Source of the DNA: Patellaria atrata CBS 101060 | Taxonomy: Eukaryota | Direction of reading: 5' to 3' | Length of the DNA: 64,000 bases | NCBI GenBank assembly: GCA_010093705.1 | Contig: MU006123.1 | Coordinates: 1 to 64,000, forward strand | Shown here: positions 13,849 through 26,768 of the stretch, piece by piece | Numbering within the stretch: the stretch's first letter is position 1 | Layout of the letters: every line of letters starts with the position of its first letter | Position numbers and translations under genes: made by a program | Notes under the pieces: model-generated | The model's database searches: none | Seen by the model: only the letters and a program-made list of their open reading frames with translations | What the model was told of the DNA's origin: nothing

Positions 13849-14462
13849 TATTATAACTATAAAATAGAAAGATAATATTACTAGTAGAACGATAGTATAA
13901 GATACTAGAATAGAATAACTAATATAAAGATTATATAATATAATTAATAGTTAACGGCGCTTAAAAAGTATCGAGTATAGAGTAAATTTAAATAAATATA
14001 ATCGATATTTAATAACGCTCGAGGAGTATCGAGTATAAAGTAGACTTAAGTAAACGTGATTAATATTTAATAATACTTAAAAGGTATTAAGTATAGAATA
14101 GATTAAATACTACTAAATTAAACTAAAAAGATTTAAATATTTAAAAATAGTCTTTCCTTTATATATTTAGACTCTTTATAGTTATTTTTACTATTAATTT
14201 TATCTATAGATTTAAATATTATAATTTCGAATTTAACTTTATTTATTATATTATTTCTATATAATATATCTTATTTTATTATAAATATTACCCGAAGTTA
14301 AGAAGTTAATAAGTTATATCGATAATTTAAAATATCTTTATTATATATATCTTATCACTTTATTAAATCTACCTTTATAGTTAATTATATTAAGTGAGAA
14401 GCTAAACGCGTCTCTAAATTTATCTAACTTCGTCTTAATAAATATAAACTCCCGTTATAATA
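13849..14462 (+). repeat. 3' LTR of Gypsy A
   Basis: Repeat of 1282-1895, preceded by a polypurine tract. Confidence 0.92.
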
Positions 14463-15865
14463 TATAGTTAGTTAAAGTCTATTAAATCTTTCTAATTTTA
14501 TCTATTTATAGCTTTTATTATCTTCTTTTTATATTTAATTATAATATTCTTCTATTCTTCCTTTTTCTATTTACGTTTATATAATTTATTATCTATTCTA
14601 ACTATTAAGATTATTATATTTTATATAATTATTAGTCTTTTATAATAAATTTACTTATTCTTTATTTTTTCCTTTAAATCTTAATAGAAAGCGATTATTA
14701 ATAATTTATTAAATTATTCTAATATTAATACTATTTACTAAAATATAATTATATATTTCGAAGTTAATTCTTTTTATCTAAATTCTTAAAACTTTCTTTT
14801 AACTATTTATTATTTATCGACTTTCTTAAAGACGTTCTTAAGCGTTTCTTTAAACTTTAAAAATAATTTAAAAATCTTTATTATTTTATTTTTTTAGTGT
14901 TCTTCACTATTTTTAAAATAGTCTTATATAATAGATTCGAACTATTTTAGAGCGTCTCCTTTAAAGTATATTAATATATTAGGTATATATTTATTATTAT
15001 CTATTAACCTTATTCTCTTATAATAAATCTTTATTTAGATTAAAAATCCTCTTAACTTATCTTATTTTCTATTATATAATACGGGTTTTTTAACTTTCAC
15101 GGTTCACTTTTATAGTAATAATAATTATATAGTAAGTTATTTAAGCTAATTTCTAAGTTTTTAAATTATCTTTTTATTTTTAAGTTTATTAATATATTTA
15201 TATAATGTTTAGATATATTTTTTATCTATTTTTATATTAATTATAGTTAATAATATCGTGTTTAAGTTCTATTATATATTTCTTTATTATATAATAGTTA
15301 TAATATTATAATAAGAGTCTATACTTATTAAGATAAAATTAGATAAATTTAGAAACACGCTTAACTTTTTATTTAATATAATTAACTATAAAGATAAATT
15401 TAGTAAAATAATAAAATATATATAATAATAATATTTTAAATTAGCGATATAATTTATTAACTCCTTAACTTTAGATAACGCTTATAATAAGATAAGACAT
15501 ATTATATAAAAATAATATAATAAGTAAAGTTAAGTTTAAAACTATAATATCTAAATTTATAGATAAGATTAATAGTAAAAATAATTATATAGAATTTAAA
15601 TATATAAAAAAAAGATTATTCTTAAATATTTCTATTTTTTATAGTTAATTTAATATTATTTATATTATTTAATACTTAATATCTTTAAATACTTTAATTA
15701 TTAATTTTATTATATAATCTTTTATTTATATTATTTAGTATTTAATACTTTTAAGTATTTTAATTACTAATCTTATTATATAATCTCTATATTAATTATT
15801 CCGTCCTAATATTTTATATTATTATTTTACTAGTAATACTATCTCTTTATCTTATAATTATAATA
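14463..15865 (-). mobile_element. Truncated sibling Gypsy: 5' LTR (15304-15865, fourth U3 variant) plus start of gag
   Basis: Reverse complement matches gag of A (about 1900-2735) and the shared R-U5; cut off at the end of A's 3' LTR. Confidence 0.85.
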
Positions 15866-16963
15866 ATAATAAAGTTTAAAATTAAAAATTATAATATAAT
15901 TAAAGAATATTTAATTTATTATATTATATTATTTTATAATTTTATAGTTTTTTTATTTTTTTCTAATTATATAATTTATTATATTTTATATAATTATAAA
16001 TATAAAAGAAAAATTATAAAAGAAAAAATATAATTAATTATATTTTTAATTATTAATTTAGTTTTTAATTATTATTTTTTATAAAATAATAATATTTTAA
16101 TATAGTTTATAAATAAGTAGTATATATAAACGAGCGATATATATAAACGAGCGATATACTTTTCCATTTTATTATAACCTTTAAATTTAATTATATAGTT
16201 ATAACTTAAAAAAATTAATTATATTTAATTAAATTCTTTTCTTTAAATATTTCTTTATCCTTTTAATAAATTTATATATTATATTTAATCTTTCTATATC
16301 TTTTATAATGTTATAAATATAATAATTCTTTCTTTATTAAACTCTTTTCCTTTAACTTTCTATTTAATTATCGTTTAATAATTTCTTTTTAAATAATTAA
16401 TTCTTATTTATTTTATATATTAAATATTTCTTCTATTTATATATATATTTTTTTAGCCTATTATCGCTTTATAAATATCTTATTAGCTTTTTAAAACGTT
16501 TAAATATTATTATATATAAGTGTTATTTTATAAATAATAAACTTTATACCCTTTATTAATTATTTAATAATTAAGAAAATAGTATTTAAAGAACTTTCTT
16601 AATATTAAACTATTTAATTCTTAATATATTTAGATTATAAAATAGTTTTTTTAAAATTATTTAATATTTAAAAGATTTATAAATTAGTAATAAAGAAAAA
16701 AGATTTAATTAATATTAATATTTATAGCTTTATATTAAGCTTTAAAATAATAGTTTAAAGATTATAAAAGATTAGATTAATATTAAAGAAATTTATTTAA
16801 ATATTTCTAATTATTATAATATTAATATAAAGGTTTTTAAATATAATAAAAAACTTAGTTTTAATAATATAATTAATATAAACTTTAATAAAGACTTTAA
16901 ATTCTCGATTATATATTTATTTTAATATATTAAAATATCTAATATTTAAAGATTAGATAAAAT

Positions 16964-17588
16964 TATTACGGCTATAAGTTATAAAAATATATAGATAATA
17001 AATAAGAGGAAAGAAGGAATACTATTTAGGAAAATTATAGATAAAATAAGTAATAACGAATTATATAATTTAGATATTTAGATATTTAGACGTTTAGATT
17101 ATAAAGAACGACTAAATAACTAAACGATTAGAACGACTAGGAAGAATTATATAATTTAAATATTTAGATATTTAGATATTTTAGTTATAGAGAATAATTA
17201 AACGATTAAATAACTAAAATAACTAGAATATAGATAATTAAATTAGTTATAAAGGATAAAAATATTTAAAAATAATCTTTTCTTTATATATTTAGATTCT
17301 TTATAATTATTTTTACTATTAATTTTATCTATAAATTTAGATATTATAGTTTTAAACTTAACTTTATTTATTATACTATTTCTATATAATACGTCTTATC
17401 TTATTATAAGTATTACCCGAAGTTAAGGAGTTAACGAGTTATATTATTAACTTAAAATATCTTTTATTATATATATTCTATCACTTTACTAAATCTATTC
17501 TTATAGTTAATTACGTTAAATGAAAAGCTAGATACGTTTTTAGACTTATCTAGCTTTATCTCGATAAGTATAAACTCCCGTTATAATA
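16964..17588 (+). repeat. 5' LTR of Gypsy B (U3 variant B, 625 bp)
   Basis: Repeat of 37711 onward; the 3' part is shared with LTRs A and C, the 5' part is different. Confidence 0.9.
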
Positions 17589-19276
17589 TTATAATTATCA
17601 CGTAGTAGGAAAGCGTATAATAGATTTAAATACGATATTATTAGCTATAGCTAATATAAAAACGGATAAAAAATATATTTAAGTGTTATATAAATATATT
17701 AATAAATTTAAAAGTAAAAAGATAGTTTAAAAATTTAGGAATTAACTTAAATAATTTATTATATAGTTACTTTTACTATAAAGATAAATCGCGAAAATTA
17801 AAAAACCTATACCGTATAATAGTAAATGAGATAAGTTAAAAGGATTCTTAACTTAAATAAGAATTTATTATAAGAAAATAAGATTAATAGATAATAATAA
17901 ATATATATTTAATATATTAATATATCTTAAAGAAGATATTTTAGAATAATTTAAATCTATTATATAAGACTATCTTAAAAATAATAAAGAATATTAGAAA
18001 GACGAGATAATTAAGATCTTTAAGTTATTTTTAAAATTTAAAGAAACACTTAAAAACGTCTTTAAAGAAATCGACGAATAATAAATAATTAAAAGAAAAC
18101 TTTAAAGACTTAAATAGAAAAAGTTAATCTTAAAATATATAACTATATTTTAATAAGTAGTATTAATATTAAATTAGCCTAATAAATTATTAATAATCGC
18201 TTTCTATTAAGATTTAAAGGAAGAAGTAAAGAACGAGTAAATTTATTATAAAAGATTAATAACTATATAAAACGTAATAACCTTAATAGTTAAAATAGAT
18301 AATAGATTATATAAGTGTAAATAGGAAAAGAGAGGATAGAAGAATATTATAATTAAATATAAAAAGAAAATAATAAAGGTTATAAATAAATAAGATTAAA
18401 AAGATCTAATAGACCTTAATTAACTATAATAGATAAAATAAAAGAAGTTAAAGAAATAATAATAATTTATTTAAGAAAAAAAAGAGCGTTTTATAAATAA
18501 AATATATTTATAATATAAAGAAATAGAATATTTTAAGAAAAACTATTTATAGAAGATATAATTATCCTCGCGATATAATATTATAACGGGAGTCTATACT
18601 TATCGAGACGGAACTAGATAAGTCTAGAAACGCGTCTAGCTTTTTACTTAACGTGGTTAACTATAGAGATAGGTTTAGTAAAATAATAAGATTTATATAA
18701 TAAAGATACTTTAAGTTATTAATATAACTTACTAACTTCTTAACTTTAAGTAATACTCACGATAAGATAAGACGTATTATATAGAAATAACGTAATAAGT
18801 GAAGTTAAGTTTAAAACTATAATATCTAAATCTATAGGTAAGATTAATAGTAAGAGTAACTATAAAGAATTTAAATATATAAGGAAAAGATTATTCTTAA
18901 ATATTCTTATTCTTCTATAGCTAATTTAATATTAATCGCTCTACTCGCTCTACTCGCTCCTATATATATCGAGTATATTAATTACCTTAATTACGTTAAT
19001 CGTTCTACTCGCTCTACTCGCTCCTATATACGTCGAGCACGTCGAGTACCCCGATTACGTCACGTGACTTACCGTCCCGCGATAGTTATTCCGCTCTATC
19101 GTTTTATACTAACGTTCTATTAGTAATACTATATCTTCATTTTATAACTATAATACTATCCTCTCTTTTTATAGCTTTTATCTTAAAAGTATTATATTAT
19201 TACTTCCTAGCTATAAAGTATAGTCCTACTACTTTTATTATATCGTAAGCTTCTTTTAACTCTCTCTTTATCGAAG

Positions 19277-19828
19277 ATACCGAAAGCTAAAAACTCGATA
19301 GCCCGCCGTTATCGTTAAATATTAAAGATAAACTTCTTTAGTTCTATAATATCTTCCTTTTATTTTATTTATCGTTCCTATAATTTTATTTATTACGTTA
19401 ATCTAAAGATTAGTCGCTATAGTGAATATCTTCGCACTATTTATAAATATAATTTAGTTTTATCTAAAGAGGAGTTCGTTTATATAGATAATCTTATATC
19501 TTCCCTTTATTCTTAACTCGATTTTATTAAGGAGAAATAAGAGCTTCTTTAAATATAATAGTCGTTTATTTTCTCTAATATTTATCGCCTTTATAAGTAG
19601 CTCCGCTTAGTTAAATCTTATTACGGTAAGCTACTTACTCGCGAATTTATATCTATTAAGAAGTTAAAGATTTTAAAACGAGAAGTTAAAAGATAATAAA
19701 CTTTCTTAAGCGTCTTTATTTTCTTTCTCGCTATATCTTCTTCTAGTTAGTTTAAGTTAGATTTCACGGGTCTAAAAATCCCTAGTTTTAACGATAAAAC
19801 TATTTAAAACCTTAATAGTAATTTATAA
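19277..19828 (+). pseudogene. Antisense accessory ORF of Gypsy C: Zn2Cys6-like cluster plus coiled coil (184 codons)
   Basis: (ATA)PKAKNSIARR...YFIY-RSYNFI-Y-YVNLKISR-YSEY-LRTIYK-Y-NLV; candidate Cys at codons 29/32/39/48/51/58 as in A; later RLYK*LRL...REFISIKKLKILKRE. Confidence 0.78.
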
Positions 19829-20262
19829 AGTATTTAAATAGTTTCTATATATTATTTATATATTTATAGTCTTTCTATTTTATTAAATACTTCTATTAAC
19901 CGTCTATTTCCTATAGATTTAAGATATATTCTACTTTATAGATATCTTCTTCCTCTAGTTTTATAGATTATATTTAGAGTTTAATATTAGTGTATACTAG
20001 TTTTAGAAGCGATATATAGAAAACTAGATATATCTTTATTTTTTTAGATAATTCTAATTTATAATTAACTTTCCCTTTAATCTATTTAACTTTAAATAGT
20101 CCGATTTTCTTATAGTTTAGTTTCTTATTAGGTCGCCTTATCTTAAGATTTTTTTATAATAAGTAAACTTTATCTCTCTTTTTAAAGGTTAATTTTAACG
20201 ATTTATACTAGTTACTATACTTTATAGCTTTTATTATCTAAAAAGCTATATCTTATAATAGT

Positions 20263-23200
20263 TATAATAACTATTATCTATCGATCTTTCTACTTTCTTA
20301 TATTTAGCGGGTTTATTTATATTTAGTTTAATTATATTATTAGGAAATTTTATTAACTAATAAAGCTACTTAAGTTTATAATTATTATTTATAATTCTCT
20401 CTTTTTCTTAACTTAATCTCTTTACTTAATAATAGTTATATATAGTTAATATTAATAGATTAGCTCTTAACACTATAAATATTATATTAAATTAAGTTTA
20501 ATATAATTATAGCCTCTAGAAAGGCGATATAATATTTTAATTAAAACGTGATATTAGTCTAGTTAATAACTAATTACGGATAATTAAAATATCGATAAGT
20601 AGCTAGCTTTATTAATATAAAGAGAGAATAAATACTAAGATTTACTAAAAAGTAAAGACTTATTATAATCACTTACGAAAAGTATTCGTAGAGTGGGAAA
20701 GAGTAGAAATTAAAGATAGCTAAACTTAATAATATTAGAGAGTTAGAGAGTGAAACGATCCACGATAACCCCTTAATAACGATACTAAAATAGTAATAAA
20801 ACGATAAAAGGAAGTAGAGAAGCTTTAAATATTTAAAATAAAGCTTAATAATACTATTAATAAGAATTATTATCGAAGAACTTATAATAGATAATTTCTA
20901 AAAAATACGGAATAATCTTAAAAATAATTTTAAAAGTAAAGTATAATATATAGAGACGATTACTAGCCTAAAAAAAATCCTTTATAATATAGAAGACGTA
21001 ATAAAATAGATAGAGAAGGAACTATTCACGATTATAATAGAGTATATTAAGATAATATTATCTATAATAGCACGATATCTTTAGGTTAAGAAGATTATCG
21101 ACTTATATAATAAGATATAAAAGGATTTATAGTTAAAAATAGATATTCTTAAGAAGAATAAGATAATTATTATAGACTTTTAAAATAAAGTTAAAACACT
21201 ATAAGAATAGTTATAATAGGCTAAAAAATAATATTTTATCTACTTTATATAATTCGAATCTAAAACTTCTAGGGCTAGCCGTAAAAGATTAAAGAAATTC
21301 CCTAATCTATCTATCTTAACTAATAATAAAGATCTTACTTATAAAGTCTAGAAGAGTTAGATAAAAGATAAATTCGAGATTAATATTAATTAATATAAAA
21401 TAGAACGGGCTAAGATAGCTTATATAAAGATATAAGTTAGAGATTATATATCCCTCTATCTATACTCTCTTATAGAAGTTAAAGCCGAAGATAATAAATT
21501 ATTTATAATAAAAGAGTTATATAAATTCTTAGATTAAGTTTTAAAAGATTCTTATAAACGTTTAACGGCTAAAGATAATCTAAAAAAAATTAAAATAGGG
21601 CTATTTAATAAACTTTACTAACTTTTAAGCTAAATTTATACGCTTAGCTATTAAAGTTAAGGTTCTACGAGACTAATAGAAGAAAGAGATTCACGATAAA
21701 CTATATAGCTTTTTACGTTAGTTAATATCTCTTTAAAGTGTTAACGATAGTATTATCTTTAAAGTCTACTATAAATAGGCTATATTATAAGCTCGAGGTC
21801 TCGAGAAGTTAAGCGAGGAGAGTAAGGAACGAAATAAGAATAAAAATAAGAAATCTCTTAATATAATACTAAGTTTTACCTTAATTATAATAAAGACGAT
21901 AATATTTTAAGCCGTTTTAGCTATATCTTTAATAATAAATATATCTATTCTTAAGACGATAATATTCTTAGGCTCGTGTTATAATTATAATAAACTAGGC
22001 TATCGAGCTATAGACTATAAATAATTAAAGATTAGTAAGATAGCTAAAATTAAAGTAATAATTAAAGAGGAGTTTAACTAGAATTTAGATTTAGAAAATA
22101 AATAATTTTAAGTAAAAACTCCGCTTTAGAGTTAATAGTTAAAGTATTATAAACTTTAATTAACGAGTTAATCACGGAAAAACTATTCGTTATACTCTAT
22201 AAAATCTTAAAGAATAGTATCGCTATATAATTTAGAGCGTTAATTAATATTAGAGCTTAAAGCTATATACTACTATATAAGAAATAGTTACCGGTACTAA
22301 AACGATAATTAGAAATCACCGTTATAAAGATAAAGTAAAAGATTATTATTAGGTCTTTTAATAGTATAAAAGCGATACTAATTATCTAGCTATTTAAAGT
22401 AAATATTATACTAGATAATTATAGATAAATAGTACCTATCTTAGTAATAAATATAGGTTATCGCGATATACTTATTAGTATAGAATAGTTTATAAAGATA
22501 GATAGATTACCTAATTATTAAAACTAGTATATCTTCTAACCCCCTTAAGTAGTAGTAAAAGAAGATTAATAAAGAGATATTATTATTCTAAAATTTAAGC
22601 TATAGATATTATCTAACCTAGAATATTAAATAGATCTAAAACGATAAGACTAGAAGTTTAATAAGAGAGAATAATATTAACTACGCTATTAATAGGGGTA
22701 GAAGAAGAAGTCGAAGCTATTTAAATAGAAGATATTTATCTCTTAATTTAAAGAGATAAAGTTAGGTATTTAGAAGATAAATACGGAGTTATAAGATAAA
22801 TTAGAGGTTAAAGTAGAGCTTAAAGATAATCTAAAGTCTAGACTACTCTAATAAGTTAATATATTAAGCGTAAAGCTTAATATTTATCTAGTTAATATCG
22901 ATAATTACCTATAAAATATAAAGCGGTAAGATATAGTTATTAGAGCTATAAGTTTATACGAGATTAACTCTCTAATATAAGATAAGTTAGATAAAAATCC
23001 ACTTCTAAATAATAAAGAGAATCTTAAAGAGCTAATACTTTAAAAATTACTATCTAAATATTACTATCTAGCCCACGTGTTCTTTAAACGTGTATTAGAT
23101 ATATTAGTACTTTATAAAGACGAGATTAACTATAATATCGTACTCGATAATAATAATAATTTAGCGTTAAGTCCTCTTTATAATATACTTATCGAGTATC

Positions 23201-26200
23201 TATAACTAATAAAGAACTATCTAAAAGAATACCTTTAAAAGAGTTTTATTATACTAAGTGACGTATTATATATTTTACTAATATTATTCGCGAAGAAACT
23301 TAAAGAAGGATAGAGATTCTATATTAACTATTATAAGTTAAATCTTATTATAAAGAAAGATAAGTATCTATTATCCTTAATTAAAGAGACGTTAACTAGA
23401 TTAAGAACGGTTAAGATCTTTATAAAATTAGATATTAGATAAACCTTCTATTAAATATAGATAAAAGAGTTAATAGAAGATTTTACTATATTTTAAATAT
23501 AGTATAATTCTTTTAAATATAAAATATTACCCTTTAGCTTATATAATAGGCTAATATTATTCTAATAGTTTATTAATAAGGTTCTTTAGAAATATTTAGA
23601 TAACTTTTATATAGCCTATATTAATAATATTCTAATCTACTCTATCTATCCACTAGAATATCGAGTTTATATTATAAAAGTACTAGAAGCGTTAAACGAG
23701 GCCGGGCTATAAGTCGATATTAAGAAAAGCGAGTTCTATATCACTAAGATAAAATTTTTAGGCTTTATAATTAGTATAGATAGAATCACGATAAATCTTA
23801 ATAAGATAGAAGTGATACGAAACTAGGCCTTATCGATAAATATTAAAGATATATAATTATTTAATAGCTTTTATAACTTTTATCGGAAATTTCTAGAGAA
23901 GTTTAGAAGAGTGATTAAACTATTAATATTATAAACTTATAAGGGCTTTAAAGGTTACTTAAAGATCTAAAATATAAGGCTTTTAAAAAAGTAAAAGTAT
24001 TAGTCTTATCTAATTAAGTTTTAGCCCACTATAACCCCTAGTTAGAAACGCGGGCTAAAATAGATTATAGTAATAAAGTAGTTACCGGCGTTCTATTATA
24101 GAAATATAAAGATATATAAAGACTAATAATCTTCTAATCTAAGTCTTTAAGCGAGATAGAGATAAAATACCTAATTCACGATAAAGAGATACTCGCTATC
24201 GTCTAAGTCCTTAAGGAATAGAGAAGTATACTAATCGAATTATAGTAAATACTCTTTATAGTGATTATAAATTATAAAGTATTAGAATACTTCTCTATAA
24301 AGCGTCTACTAAACGTTTATTAAACTTAATAAAGTGAAAAGCTAGCTAACTATAACTTTAAGATAATTTACCGGCCTAGAGTATAGAATATAGTAGTAAA
24401 TACTCTCTTTTAGAAGTAAGAAGACCTAAAAACGGCTAAAGAGAAAGATATTATAATAAGGACTTAAATAATAATAATATTAAAGATAATTATATCGCTA
24501 GTAAAGTTATTAGAAATACTATAAAGAAGTTTATAAAAAGTATTAACTAAACTAACTAAGATAGTCTTAATTAAAATCCCTTAAAAGAACGGTATCCTTA
24601 AACTATTAATACTTACTACTAAAGAAGAAAAAGATAATAGGTTTAGAGTAGAAAGAAGAGATCTAAATATACCCCTTTAAGATAAAGGATATATTTAAGA
24701 AATTCCGCGGTAACTTTAGAGTAACGAAACTTAGGATTAAATATAAATTAAAGAAATCTTTAAACCACCTAAATAAGCTAATAAAACGGCCAGGGTTAAA
24801 GAACCGATAAAAGAGCTTAGGATCTATAATAAGATAGCCGGGCTAGCGGAACCTAGATAGATAAAAGAGAATAAAGTAATATTAATTAAGTTAATTAATT
24901 AAATAATAGCCGTAAATAGAAGTTATAAGTTATTAAAGACCTTCTAAAAATAAGTTAAAGTATCCGAGAATAAATAGAAACTACGAAACGGCCTATTAAT
25001 TTATTATAATAGATTAATAGTACTAGATATAAATAACTACTAGACCTACTTAATTAAAGAAACTTATAACGCCTATATTATAGGCTATCTAGGTATAAAA
25101 AAGACGAAAGAATTATTATAATATTAATATTACTAGTTAGAACTATTTAATAACGTGGATAGATATATCTAGAATTACTATATATATCGAAAAACATATA
25201 TATCTCGAGATAAGACTCTAGAATTACTAAAACCACTATCTATTAAAGATAAATATTAATAATATATTTTATTCGATTTTAAGTCGTTTCTAAAAGATAA
25301 GTATAACTTTAAAGTCGCTTTTATAGTTATAAATAAGCTTAGAAAGAGAGTTATCTCTATATTATATACGAAAAAGGTCACCGTAACTCTAATAGTAAAA
25401 CTATACTTTAAATATATTTTCCGGATCTACGGTATACTAGAGATAGTAACGTCGGATAAAGACCCTTAATTTATCTTAACCTTTATAGACGAGCTCTATA
25501 AATTAATAGGCGTTAAGTAGAAGCTATTAATAGTATACTATTTATAGATAAATAGGGGTATAAAGATTATTAATTAATATATTAATCTACGATTAAGGCT
25601 AGCGGTAAATTATTACTAAGATAATTAGTTAGAACTACTACTAGCTATAAATTTCGTATAAGCTACGCTTTTATACGAATTTATAGGAATATCGCCGTTC
25701 GAATTAGAATTCGGATACTAGCCGTAGATACACTTTAATTAGCACGAATATATAGATTTAAACACCTATAAAACCGTTAAAAAACGTATAAGTCGAGAAG
25801 AAGCCTAATAATTTATAAAACGTACTTATAATACTATTAAATAGACTAGAAAGAATCTTTCTCGTACTTAGATTACTTAGGCTAAAGCGGCTAATAAGCA
25901 TTAAAAAGAGCTAGACTTTAGACCGGGCGATTATATCTTCGTAATAAGAAAAGGTTAAATAATAGATAAACTAAGTGTAAAGCTAAATTACTAGAACGCC
26001 GGGCCGTATAAAATTATTAGTATAAAAGACTATTTTTATATTATAGACCTACCTTCTAATATAAAAATAGATAAAGTATTCTATATAGATCGACTATAGA
26101 AAGCTTCTATAGACCCCCTACCGGGGTAATAGCTAGAACCACCACTATTAATAAAGATAAATAGAGAGTCGGAGTACGAAGTTAAAGAGATATTAGTAAG

Positions 26201-26768
26201 CCGAATCTTTTATAAAAAACTCGAGTATAAAGTTAACTAGATCGGCTATAATCTAGACAATACCTAGTATCCGGTATATAACTTTATCGGATACTTATAT
26301 AAGATACGGAGCTTCTATAAATAACGACTAGACGAAGCCGGGCCGTTAAAACGACTAGATAAATAACTCCGAGTGTATTAAATAGATAACTCTAAACTAG
26401 AGCTATATATTAATAATAATATTACTAAAAAGAACGGGCCTATATAAGCTTAAAGGCGTCGAAAACGTCTAAAATAAAATAACTTTATAAAAGATAATAT
26501 TATATTAAAATTAAGGCCGATTTCTATTTTAAGAAAGGGGATAATATAATAATTATTATCTATCGATCTTTCTACTTTCCTATATTTAGCGGGTTTACTT
26601 ATATTTAGCTTAATTATATTATTAGGAAATTCTATTAGTCGATAAGGCTACTTAAGCTTATAATTATTATCTATAACTCTCTCTTTTTCTTAACTTAATC
26701 TCTTTACTTAGTAGTAGTTATATATAGCTAATATTAATAGATTAGCTCTTAATACTATAGATATTATA
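20263..26768 (+). mobile_element. Ty3/Gypsy chromodomain LTR retrotransposon D (different family, 6.5 kb), nested in the integrase region of C
   Basis: 224-bp LTRs 20263-20486 and 26545-26768; TSD atagt/atagc; polypurine tract aagaaagggg; zinc knuckle CYNYNKLGYRAIDY near 21977; RT *RFYINYYKLN near 23311 and AYINNILIY near 23614; chromodomain EYEVKEILVSR...LEYKVN*IGYNLDNT*YP at about 26172-26273. Confidence 0.93.

Larger units (their letters stand above)
1282..14462 (+). mobile_element. Ty3/Gypsy chromodomain LTR retrotransposon, copy A (RIP-inactivated, about 7.4 kb without the nested Copia)
   Basis: Matching 614-bp LTRs 1282-1895 and 13849-14462; polypurine tract aagagagggagatac before the 3' LTR; protease ALVNNS (=ALVDSG) near 4096; RT YLDNILVY near 10888; integrase; chromodomain YKVEYIL...YLVK*KDY...NI*KL at about 13050-13160. 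Confidence 0.93.

Noticed and set aside
17058..17228. CRISPR-like array in LTR repeats
   Set aside because: Tandem units without unique spacers, inside eukaryotic LTRs, no cas genes.
26480..26544. Antisense accessory ORF in element D
   Set aside because: pol appears to run almost to the polypurine tract, leaving no room, and no Cys-like pattern was seen.
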